Both the position numbers and the translations under genes were made by a program. The notes under the pieces are model-generated. The model was given only the letters and a program-made list of their open reading frames with translations. It searched no databases and was not told the origin of the DNA. A stretch of DNA of 64,000 nt from Trichoplax adhaerens (Eukaryota; Animalia; Placozoa): contig NW_002060954.1 of the NCBI RefSeq assembly GCF_000150275.1, forward strand, positions 1,364,001 through 1,428,000, in the 5' to 3' direction. Shown here one piece after another: positions 48,059 to 60,400 of the stretch (positions are counted from its first letter, which is position 1; every line of letters starts with the position of its first letter).

Positions 48059-48309
48059 TCTTACTATTGCTCGTATTGGAGTTTGACTTTTTATTTTTGG
48101 ATCAGATTTGGAGTTGGAAAATGGCGTTTGGACAGAACTCTGCTGTAGACTGGAGAAACCGAGTGAACTAATACACACGTTCTTACTATTGCTCGTATTG
48201 GATTTTGACTTATTTATTTTTTGGATCAGATTTGGAGTTGGAAAATGGCGTTTGGACGGAACTCTGCTGTACTGTAGACTGGAGAAACCGAGTGAACTAA
48301 TACACACGT
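48059..48309. repeat. Two-copy tandem duplication (122 and 129 bp units)
   Basis: tcttactattgctcgtattgga...tttttggatcagatttggagttggaaaatggcgtttggac...gactggagaaaccgagtgaactaatacacacgt at 48059-48180 and 48181-48309. Confidence 0.95.
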
Positions 48310-48349
48310 ATACGATTACCGCTGATTTCAAAGGTGAAGGTGTGTCAAG

Positions 48350-48415
48350 TTGACTCAACCGGTTGGTTACGTGTTGCTAACTTGCTACGCATAGAATAGC
48401 AACCGGTTGAGTCAA
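48350..48415. repeat. 16-bp perfect inverted repeat with 34-bp spacer
   Basis: ttgactcaaccggttg (48350-48365) and caaccggttgagtcaa (48400-48415). Confidence 0.93.
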
Positions 48416-48529
48416 AACTTATTGTTAATTAGTATAATATAACAATTAATGATTAACAATACAATAATAGACTTTACAGTGATAAGAAGAAGGGTAACGT
48501 CAGCCAGTCAGTCACTACAAGGTGACGCG

Positions 48530-48927
48530 CGTTCACTGCTGGAAGGGTGACATGCATGCAGTCAACTTCTCCATGAGATGTAGTAGCGTGCAAAATGAAT
48601 TGTCAGCCCTAGAAACGTCACTCGTCTCTACCTTCCTAGTGAAAACCATGTCGCGTAAGGTCAAGGCGAGCTGAAGAGGGGTGACATTTTATAATCTGCG
48701 TTGAATGGATAATGAGATACACATTGCACGTTCACTGCTGGAAGGGTGACATGCATGCAGTCAACTTCTCCATGAGATGTAGTAGCGTGCAAAATGAATT
48801 GTCAGCCCTAGAAACGTCACTCGTCTCTACCTCCCTAGTGAAAACCATGTCGTGTAAGGTCAAGGCGAGCTGGAGAGGGGTGACATTTTATAATCTGCGT
48901 TGAATGGATAATGAGATACTCATTGCA
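48530..48927. repeat. 199-bp near-identical tandem duplication
   Basis: cgttcactgctggaagggtgacatgcatgc...tgaatggataatgagatac(a/t)cattgca at 48530-48728 and 48729-48927, about 4 substitutions. Confidence 0.96.
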
Positions 48928-49418
48928 GGATAAACTGCACTACAAGTGCCCATTCAACAGTTAGTACATCATACTGTGGACTACTTTTGATACAAAATCA
49001 TTTTCTACTAAGCAAGTGTATCATTGCTATACTAATTAATAAGAAGGTAGTGAACGACTTCTTCTCTCGACTGCCACTCAATGCCTTCACTATAATGATT
49101 CCATAATGAATAAGTCAATTCATGGCTAACATTCTGTGGCTTTACAACTCCTGCTTTGGATCTATTTCTACCTTTTGACAGCGTAAATATCACCTAGGAT
49201 TGATCATAATACCGTGTAGTACTAGTTGTCAGCTGGATTTGCTTCAATTTTTTTTTACAGTTGATTTTCTTGATCGTCCAAATTTCAATTCATTGCACAG
49301 GTAGAAAAAAACGCATTGAAATACCGACACAAATCATATTGGAATTGCAACCTTTTGGCCACAAGTCGAGGATTAAGCAAGTCAAATACCAACTGGATAG
49401 GCGTAGCAGTGAAGAATC

Positions 49419-52400
49419 ATGTTAACTACCCTAAAAACTGTATGTTTCCTTGGTTTATTCGCATTATTGGTCACAGTTTGGATATGGTTATACGCCACAG
49501 TATCTTGGTATCGTGCATTAATTGATGGCAGCTTGGCGGTAAATAGACCATTGAAAAAATCCATCCCACCTTATCCAGGAGATCAATTAACCAACATTTT
49601 TTGGTTTGTTCAGGTATATTCTTTCTACGTTAAAATCGATGTGGCATTATCTTAGCAGACTGTTAGTAGAGATAATTTGTTATCAATCAATATTTACTGT
49701 CACATAATCCCCCTCAAAATCTTGTCCAACATGCTCCACATCTACCTATGTACACTGTGTACAGTTATGGTATACTCCAGTCAAGTACTTAATTTGTTGA
49801 TGAAACCACGAAATTGGGTCTAGTAGTCTAATTTTGTTACGTATACTCTATAATATTATTAGTAAAACATGCAATATTCTAAGGGATAGCCAGAAATGCC
49901 TATATTGCTGTCCAATATAGTAATGTCTACTGTTGTGTCGTAATAGTAACAAAGGCATTGCAAGAATGCCATGGTGGAACCCCTGACTCACTGTACAGTG
50001 TACAGTATACGCTATACAGTACAGTGACAAGTCTGTCGATAGCATTATGGATTATTGAATCATTGCTTATTTTGGATAAGTCTATCTAAAATGCTGTGAT
50101 TTCTTCAAATACAAAAATGGGCTATTAACGTAATTCATGATGGCATCAATTTTAGAAGCCGGCTATCAATGATTACTTTGCAAAATCATAGCCTTACTTT
50201 GACACCTTGTTGTTCTGTCATGACCTGAACTCTTGCCACGTATTATAAACATATAGATCAATATCACAACTTAGCATACAATACAGGTTTATAGTTTGAG
50301 TGTGCACCAGGTTGTGCTAATGATAGAGTACAGCAATATAGCATTAACGATATTATTTGGATACTAAATGCATAGTTAAATCTTACGAAGTATATATTCA
50401 TATGAGAACTATTATCATACACAAGGATCTACATTTAATGATTAACGTCTTTTACCTGCCTTTTTGTACTACATATCGTATTGTAGACTCGTAGACTCTG
50501 GCAGGCCGTGTGCTATAGTGCAGTAATCTAACACAATATTTCTTATTAGTTATTAATTAATTTTATTTTAAAACAGCGATAACGGAATTAAACACGGAAT
50601 AACTTATGATAACTTCTTAAAATGGCAATCACACGTATAGCTTTGTTTTTCTTAAACCGAAGAATGTAGATCATTATTGATCGTAAACTTATTGATTATG
50701 AGTACTTATTATTTTAATACAGCCTTCTGATGCTATATTCTAACTGATAATTATATAATTAATCAATAATTTCTCAGTACTGTAATTAGTTAATAAGTTA
50801 ATGGCAAGGTAATAGTAATAATACGTTTAAAGCGAAATTAACTTATATAGAAATCTTTCAACTCATCGTATATCGTATGCAAAAATGTTATTTTCACAGA
50901 TTAAGCATTTAAAAGGTATAATATGCTCAACCATTTTAAACAAAATATTATTCTCCTAGTAGATTAATATGGTAGCTATGCCATGATGTGATGTAGATAC
51001 TAAACCAAAGAAATAAATATCCCTCGGAATGACATCATTCTTGTAGTACAAAAATTCGTTAATTTTTATAGTGATACTGTAGTTTAATTCTGAATAGATG
51101 CTAGGACGTAAACCATAATTACGTAATTGAGTCATTTTGTCGCTGTAATAAATTAGAGTATGATTATAAATATTTGTATTTGAAGTAGCACTTTACAGCA
51201 TGGCCATAAAAAAATTATAATAAAAACCAATTGTAATCTACTTATTTAGATCTCCGATATCCATATTAGTAAATGGCAAGGATCTAAACGTGCCGATGAT
51301 TTGATAACGTTTTGCCAGCAAAGTTTATCTGTTATAAAGCCGGAACTAGTTATTGTAACAGGTAGAGAAAAAATAGAGATATTTATTATCAACCCCTCCA
51401 CCATAGACTGATCACTTCAATTAACTGATGATGTGTGCGTCTCAGAAGCAGTAAGGCCGGTATCACCAAATGTTTTATAGTACAGTTTCTAACAGGATAC
51501 CATTTGAGGCCTAATGCTATTCGTGCTATGCGTGTACATAGAATATATCATTAGGATTAATAATAAGTCGTTAGCTTTTTCATTGATCTATTGCTTAATA
51601 GGGGATCTCACCGATGCAAAAGACCAGTATAAACTATCATCCACACAATATAGGAAAGAATGGGAAATGTACAATAACGTACTTCATCAATGTCGTAATG
51701 TCCGAAAGATGCGATGGATTGATTTACAAGGAAATCATGGTTAGTTTGGTAGAACAGTTCTGTATTTTGTACCCATGTACTGTAGGTAGTTAAATCATAT
51801 ACAATTTACGTTGATTGCAATGAATGCTTACACGTGTACGGCATAACGAGCATCTGTATGCAATTATAACTAACTATAATCTATATGTTCCACGAACATA
51901 ACGTTGAATTAAAAAAGTTTTCTTTTTATCTCATTTTTAGATGCTTTTGATGTATCTGCTCTCTCGAGAAAAAGGGACTATTATCGGTAAGCCTTTGCTT
52001 AAGAATTATCTTCCAATGAGTATGCTCTACTTTAGGTGTTCGTTTGATTCCAATCTGAAAGAAAAGTAATAAGCAGGACCTACATGATTATTATCTTGTA
52101 TTACAGGTTATATTCTGCTAGTGGTGGCATAGAAAAATGCCGACTTTCTTCCTGTAGATTTACTTACAATACCAGTTTTGGTGTCTACTCTTTCAATACA
52201 TTAAATGCTATTCCTGATCCTGGACCTAGGAGGCCGTACAATTTTTTCGGATCATTTGATAAGGTTAGTATTTGGCTACATTACAGATGAATATTGGAGA
52301 TCCTAAAATCCTTGATAAAATGGTATTGAGTTTAGTAAAATTTACAGTTTTAAAAGTAGCCTTTGTATTCCTACATCCCGTATATTTTTAATGAAATTAG

Positions 52401-55034
52401 ACTCAAAAAAATAATCAGAGTAACCATAATACGTACATTTAATATCTTATTGTCCCATACCCGGCATGAGCGTCACATCACATGATCGTTTTCTATTAAC
52501 TTTATTTATACTTCACGACTTTAGAAAGGAATGGAATTGATAAAAAAGCAAGCTGAGGCCAGTAAATCTGATAATATGACCATTTGGATTGGACATTATC
52601 CTTTATCTTGTATCATTTCTCCACAGCCTGGAATTCGACATTTAATTAGGTGAAATATTATTGAAGTTATTAGTGCATTTCTGTAGATAACAGTCATTTT
52701 GTGATGTATCTTTATAAGGTGTTTCATGTTGACACCTGAAATTTTTAAGTAATAGTCAATAATTTTTTTTATCAAAATCTTTTAATACCTTAATGAAAAG
52801 GGATGGCATCGCATATCTTTGTGGCCATTTGCATACTTTACAAGATCTTGTAACAAAGATGTATGCCGTTAATGGTGAAAATCAATATGAACTAGAGTTA
52901 GGGGATTGGAAAGACAACAGAAAGTACTGAAGATATGTTATAAAATTCGTATTCATTTACCATTTACTTACTCTTATTAAACGTTACCTTACGTAACGGT
53001 TGTAGGTATCGAATTGTGGCTATAGACCACGATCTGTTATCGTTTTCTGACAATCAGCATGGAGATTGGCCGGTTATAATTGTTACTAATCCTAAAGATG
53101 CACGCTTCTCTGCTCCAGTTCATGAGCCATCGTTGCGTATCATGCATTCTACTCACGTAAGGTACTGTACGAATTCAGTTGCAGACATAGAGAGGAGATC
53201 TTATATACGAATCCCTTCAAGAAGAAAGATTTAATAATCTTTTCCTCTGTATTGCTTCATAACTTTAACTCGTGAAGTTTTTTATTTGATATCCATCTGT
53301 TTGAATTTTATAAAAATTTTTTAGAATGCTAATTTTTTCAACATCGCCAATCACAAATATTACTGTGAAGATAGATAATCAAAAGATTGATGGCAAAGTT
53401 CGTAATGTTAAAGGACCATTGTATGTTACGAAATGGAATCCTGCTCGATATAAAAATGGCTTCCACACTATAACTGTTATTGCTACGGTATAAAAGCAAT
53501 TTAAAACTGCATCATGCAGAGTAAATTCTAACTTGACAGCTTAATAGTGCGCTTACGCTTACTATTGTAGGATTCACATGGACGTGTACAACAAGTATCT
53601 CAGGAATTTTCTGTTGATGGCGCTCGATCATCACTAGAAGTCATTCCTTCTTTAATCTTACTTCATGATAATAACTTTTTCGTAAGTATAGGATCTAAGC
53701 ATTTGATATTGTAAAGAATTAACAGGACGATAATACCTCTTATAGAATAGTCGCAGCATTGATGTCGCTTTAATATAGTGACATCTTTGAGTAAACATTA
53801 CTACGATAACTTGATTGCTTCGGGAAACTCATAGATATTAGCATGTCGTTCTGTAATGATGTTAAGATGATTCTTCATTTTACACTTTTAATATGTGTCC
53901 TATGTTACTTTAGTTAAAGGAATTATAAGATTAGATAACATTAGTGTTAAGGGAAAGTCATAGAGAATCGGGCAGTTAGATTTCGATTTATTCGGCTAAA
54001 TCTACTTCCTCATAATAATTATGAGGACTGAGTAGGTAAGGCCTACTTTGATGAGTTGTATTTATTTTAAACTGTCTAATGTTTTTGGCTAGTTTCGTAT
54101 TTTATTCTTTGTCGCAGCGGTGGTTAACGTGATTCCATTGCTATATTTTCGTATAAAATCTTCTACAGGTAAGACTGTGTAACAGTTCAGCTATTAAATA
54201 TTAAAAATACCATCGCTGTGCGAACTAATGCCGTCATTTTTTTGACTGTTAGGTTCAATGAATTACCGCCCTAATCCATTAACCAGGCCTTTTCTTCGAC
54301 TCGCACAAAATGGTCGAATTTATTATTCACTTCTTCTTCAAGAACTTTATATTGTAGCTGGAGGTTAGTAATTTGATCATTTTTATGTTAAAATTGATTG
54401 TTATTCACTGACGGAATATAAATTTGTTTAAAATTACAAATTAAAAGGACCATGGTTTATTGGCTATATTTTAAGCGATAGTATTGGCTTTATGAATGTT
54501 TATGGATTATATGTTCAAGGTCAATTTATTTATGAAAACTTAACTTACGTTCATGGAACGTTTCAGGTATTGCATCTTTTCTTATCTAATGTAAATTTTA
54601 TAATCATATGTTTGGCTAACGTATCTGTAGTTAGATCATTGAAAATTTTTAAGTGATAGCTACATTATACATATATTATTCAACAAAGACTTAGATTTGT
54701 TACTAAAATTTATCGTTGTATTTATGATACACAGCTGCTATTCTTTAACTTGCCTGTTACATTTTCCATCGCTTTATTATTGGATCCAATTGATGTATCG
54801 CCGGATGGAAGTCCTTTTAATTTGAATCAGGGTCTTAAAATTATGAAAAGGGCTTTTAATATCGTATTACATCATAAATTATTTTTATTCATAATTATGG
54901 TTGGTTCATTTATATGGCAATTGTCAAATTGTTTTATTTTCTATTATACATATGGTCTCATGGCCTTGCTAATCTCCCCAGTTAGAACTTGGTCTTTATT
55001 CATATCAGTGTATCTTGTAAAGATTTCTTGGTAA
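49419..55034 (+). CDS. TMEM62: Transmembrane protein 62 (calcineurin-like metallophosphoesterase + Ig-like + TM region)
   Basis: N-terminal signal anchor; NIFWFVQ|ISDIHIS; LVIVT|GDLTDAK; WIDLQGNH|DAF; PDPGPRRPYNFFG; TIWIGHYPLS; AYLCGHLHTL; ELELGDWKDNR; AIDHDLLSFSD; WPVIIVTNPKDA; GPLYVTKWNP; GPWFIG; YGLMALLISPVRTW; stop at 55032-55034. Confidence 0.95.
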
Positions 55035-57419
55035 TTGAAATTTTAATTTAATTTAGTTATTTGGTACTAGAATCGGGTAGGCATGTGTATAAATTAAAGT
55101 TGTTGTTAGCAATCCTACAAAATTCATACTATAGACTTATTAGAACATTTGTAGATTTTATTAGCGATTGTATTATAGTATTAAGCACGTAGTGTAGCTA
55201 TAGATAAAATATTTACCTCAGTGTAGTCATTTGCGTGAAATCATTCACTGTGAATTCTCATAGTTTCATTAGTTGGCATTTGTAACACATATAAGTTATT
55301 ATAAAACGTTATTCTAATTATTCTATTAGATAATAATAGTGAAAAATAGTATAAAAATTGAATTGTTTACTTTAGCGTAGAGGATTCTTACCGAAAGCTT
55401 TTATTAACCTTCTTTGTTAATTGAAAGCACAAGTTTTTTAAATGGTAGCAAAAATGGAAGGCTTTAGGGTCATAAAATTAAAAAATCTATTTATTTAATC
55501 ATATAATATAATTGTAAATTATCAACGGTATTTCATACTTTTGTAGAGTACCTGCCATTGATATTTTATGCGCATAGGTAATAAAATTTATATCTAGATG
55601 CTCTGAATATATATTATACTCGTATCTACGGCATATTGTATTACAGTACATCGCAAGAAAGTCAGCTATTTGCAAATGCAAATTGATATTATGTACTTGT
55701 AGAAAATAGGTATGAATATGTCATCGATTCAATGCTTTCACAACATCAAAAGTTTTTGTTATTATTTCTATTTATACGATCGTTATCAAACGATTGGATA
55801 TAGAATTAATTTTTCCTTAAGTTTATCATTTGCTGACTTACAAGCTGCTTACTCGGAAGCGTATCCATTTATCTGAATATGGCATAGGGTACAGTCAGCT
55901 ACAGTTTTAGTCTGCATCGGACTCCCCAATCTCAGCTGAGATTATACAAAGTACTATGTACGTAGAATAACTTACTCTGGCAACATATTCAGCCACATAC
56001 TGATTCCACGAACTTATTCACGCGTACATAAACGTAATTTGGATTTTATTTCATTTTTGTTAATTTTTTAAATCTGTAATTCGGATGAGAGAGCACAGAA
56101 TGCTTGATTTGTAGTCTATATAAGCTAGTATAGACTATAATGCTACATAGTCCATTAATAATATAAGCTAACGAAACTGTAAAATGACGCGAATTACAAA
56201 TACTGCACCTTTTGGTTGTTACCCTGTACTAATACTTTGGCTAAACTATGATGCACAGGTATTGCATTTACAATATGTTAGACTTGAAAAATACTAGCTT
56301 GAAAGGTATGTTGAGTGATAAGGAATAATTGAGGACCTATACTATGTTTAAGCAGTGCCCAAAATTGTATAATATAGATAACGCTGTCTTGTAAATATTC
56401 AAACAAGCAACCTTTCGCAATCAAAATCTATTAGTAACAGAAATCTACAAAATGCAAAGTACATCAAGATTGCTGCAAAAGATCATGACTATATTGAGAT
56501 TGCAATTAATATTAGCCTAATCACTCAATGGAGTAACTTATTCTATTTCAATCACCAGGCATCATCATGAGCAAGCATGAATGACAGGTAAATGCATGCT
56601 AGAAAGGTAATTTGCTATCTTGAAAGAAAACTATTGCCAGTAGTAAATAAATAATATAATTAGTATGCGTGGAGCAATTGTAATAATAATAGGAATTTAT
56701 GGTACCGCTAGTGTATTTTGACTTTATTATAGTAGCGGTGAAGATATACCGCGCCAGTATTCCTCGAACACTATATTTTTTCACGAAAATGATAGCTATA
56801 GCCTATTGTAATGTTAAACAATTTTAAATGCAGCAATATTTTGATGCACGAATAATAAAATATCAGATGAACACTTCAAGAATCGTAAAAAAAGCCATTG
56901 ATTGAAACTATAAACCGATTTTATTTTTGAATTAAGTAAGAATTTGGGAGTGGTTTTATTTGCGGTTGGGTGTGCACATTATCACTGATAATGATTGCTA
57001 TATTCATTTAACTATTTCACAGGTATTTCAATGTTGTCAAAGGTTAGTTTGGAATTCATAACGGTTACATGAATCGAGTATTTAGGAATTGAACATAGTA
57101 GACGCCACCATCTGTGATATATATTTACTTCACTTCAATAAAATAGTTAACACAATCTAGACAACTGCATTAGTATTTACGATTATGAGTATAAAGCCGC
57201 TTTCAATGTGATAATAAGCATGAAATTAAAAAAGTTTACACCAAATCTCGCATAAAGCTGTAAGAATGTAAACCATTACAAAAATATCGCATTGCAATTA
57301 TATCGTCTTAATTCTACTATAGATATATGATATTAACTGTAACTCTACAGAACATTATAACATTTGAATTTTAATAATTCATAGCCACCGCCGAGCGCTT
57401 ATGTTAAGTATAAACCTTT

Positions 57420-60400
57420 TCATTTCAGTAGCTTCTTTGCTACCGGTCGCCTCTTCATGAGTTTTTCAATATTTTCTTTGATTGAAAGAGGATCTCCGTG
57501 CATAACAGACAAACGTTCACACTCTAGCTGTCTCTGCTCTCTAACTTTTCTCGCGATATCAGAATAACGCTACACAAACATCATAAAAATTATTATCTAA
57601 TACAAGTACAGTATAGTGATAACCACTAAAATACTAAAATTGATACTAACTTCTTTAGATTCACTGTCTAAATTTCTATAGTTGCTCGATAGCTCTTTTA
57701 ACCAATCCTATTGAAAATAAAATACAAATTTGTATTACAAAATTGATTTTAGAAGCAATCCTTGAATAAAACCAGTCGATAATATTAAGATATCGTGCCT
57801 GAGGTGATATATTACTAGGACGTTGATTAAAATTCTCTTTTATGTACGCAGCTAACGGTGAGAAGCTGTTCTTTGCGGGAAAGCCAAGTTTTTTGAGCTA
57901 ATCATGATAACCATAGTTGTAGGTTACGATTTGTAACAAACGATGACGAATAGTATTGTTCATGACTGTAATAACCTGATTTTTGACCGCTGACGAAATT
58001 TTCTTCCTTAATTTCGCCAATTCTTGCCTTTCGACAGCTTCTCGAGTTTCTCTATCCTCTAATAATTCATTATATGTCATCATTTCACGTGAGAATCTAT
58101 TTCGATCAATTTGCGCTCGTTGGTGGTATTCCTATTTTGAGTAATATATATAATTAAATATCATTGAAAAACTTAGATTACAGCAACAGATGCATATAAA
58201 TCACAGCTGTTTAAGGGCGTCGTCATTTTATTATAGTATCATACTGTATAAAATACTCTACTTCGAAAAGGGGTTTCACTTATAGCCTTTTATGTCCATT
58301 TGGCTACTTTTATCACGTATGAATAGAGCTGGCAACATAACCAAAGTAATTTTTCTCCTTTATTAAATTCCTAGATTTGCTACGAGTGTAGCAAGTAAAT
58401 TCGTATTTTACCTCTTTTTCTTCTTCGCTCATATTGCGCCAATTGGAAGATGATTCTTCGGTGAATTCCCTGATTTCTAATTGGACGTATAAGATTAGTT
58501 AAATAATATACAATGAATGACCACAATCAGTTATACGATGTCACTCCTAATAAATGTACACATTCATTTTCAATGTTCAAGATGGCATTATAAGGTAACG
58601 GTAACCGATAGTAAAAGTTATTGCCGTCATACTCTTTATGCAAGTCGTAACTAATGTTATTTTATGACCATGAAACATGTACAGTAATAGAAAATGTATG
58701 CATTGCATGCCTAATAAACTGTCCTTGTTTTCCTGCGTATGAAGTTTACATATTGTACTTTATTACTGCTGCAGCATATTACAAGAAGTGAAAAGAAAGT
58801 GTAGTTTAGTGTGGCAGCAACTGTCGTTCAATTGCAGTCTTTGATAAAAAATTTTCATATTTTATGTTAACAACCTGGAACTTGGCCACTCTCTTTAGCT
58901 TGGTTCCATCGATCCGTCATATACATGAGATAGGAATTTCTAAAAGGAATTACAGTGCCATTGTCAATCTTAAGCATAGTATATGTGCTGTGCAATACAT
59001 GATCAGTTATGTAATTATCGTATTCCTCTGTCCACTACAGTATTGTGCGTGTATGGGGTACGGGAATACATGCCCATATTGGACATGAAGGATATAAAGC
59101 ACTCCCACTTCGTTTTGAACTATATACGTATATACTTGCAAATGGGTATTCATTATTTATAAAAATATATTGGTCTGGTCTACTATACCTTGCTCTCTTT
59201 GGTTTTTTCGGGATCACTGTTGAGAGGTGAGCAACTTGTACAAGAGAGTTACTTACAATCCTACAAACCCTGTAAGAGTAGAAAATACGAGTAATTAACG
59301 CGTTTTACATGCTATGGCATGATTTTTAGTATTTCTAAACAAGGAGAGGCATTCCTATGGAAGTAGTGTTTATACAGCCCTGGATGCAGTACAGTATTGC
59401 ATTATCCATTTTGCTGTTAGTTAAGCGAGTGCCTGTGTGTGTCTAAGCAGTGCTGTATAAGTATGTTATAGTCAATCTAAGAAGTCCACATGCTGTAAAT
59501 GATGAATTTTATTCATTTTGTTATGGCTAAAAGGCAGATCCTGAAGATGAAAGTTCCATCATTTGAAGCGGTATTTTTACTACAGAATAGGATATACAAG
59601 TCAATAAGGGTAATGATAATTATGTCAGATTTGAATATTAGTTGGAGCATTGCCTCACTTGGGTATTTGTGCAAATCATATAATGCAATACAGTACAACA
59701 ACAGCACTGTACATGCAGATTTTTTGGATGCAATCGAACGGATAATTCAATACTTGTTTGTAACGGAAGCATTCATTCATTCATTCATTATAATTACCAT
59801 TGAATAAGATTTTCAGTTGAGAACAATCTTTAAGTGTGTCAGCAAACTGGTAGGAAAGTTATTTTACAAACGGATATTACTATTAATAAAGTAATGCAAT
59901 TGAATACTTTTTATCACTGAACGCTCTGCTATTTTCCATTGGGACTTTTAAACAAGTTTCGATAGCAGAGAGTATTTGTTAGCTGCTAAAGGGGGAGAAA
60001 TGTCGATAGTTATCGTATGGAAGTGATTTCTTGATGTTCTTTAAAATAAGCAAGAGTAGTTGAGTAGTGCACCAATTAATTCATGGAATTGATTGTCGTT
60101 GTTGTGGTGCAAACGGGCGGAATCAACTTGGTTGTTCTTTTAAGTTGATCCCAAATATGATGTCATAGCAGATCCAATTTGATGCAAGTAATGCACTGTT
60201 AAAATTAAAATAGTTGATAACAAGAGCATTGGTCTGCAGCAAAGGAGGAAACTAGTTCAATCATGTCTTGATCAAAACTGGTCTATCCTTTTGCGACTTT
60301 GTGGTTACCATTCAGTAGCACAAGCGTGTGACTAGTGATGATTTTGGACCCGTTGGGTTCTTTTTGAATTCAACTAGCGAGCACTATGAGCAATACTGTT

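Noticed and set aside
47876-48903. ORFs with internal repeats (48035-48358, 48108-48353, 48712-48903)
   Set aside because: By-products of the DNA tandem duplications; the sister 199-bp copy has an in-frame stop and no domain is recognisable.
55928-55943. 16-bp perfect palindrome aatctcagctgagatt
   Set aside because: Isolated, in a 3' intergenic gap, with no second copy or supporting context.
59035-59217. ORF MIPKKPKRARYSRPDQYIF as a continuous HMG-box start
   Set aside because: Only the part up to PKRAR is exonic; splicing to NSYLMYM gives the proper HMG box, and the rest is intron.
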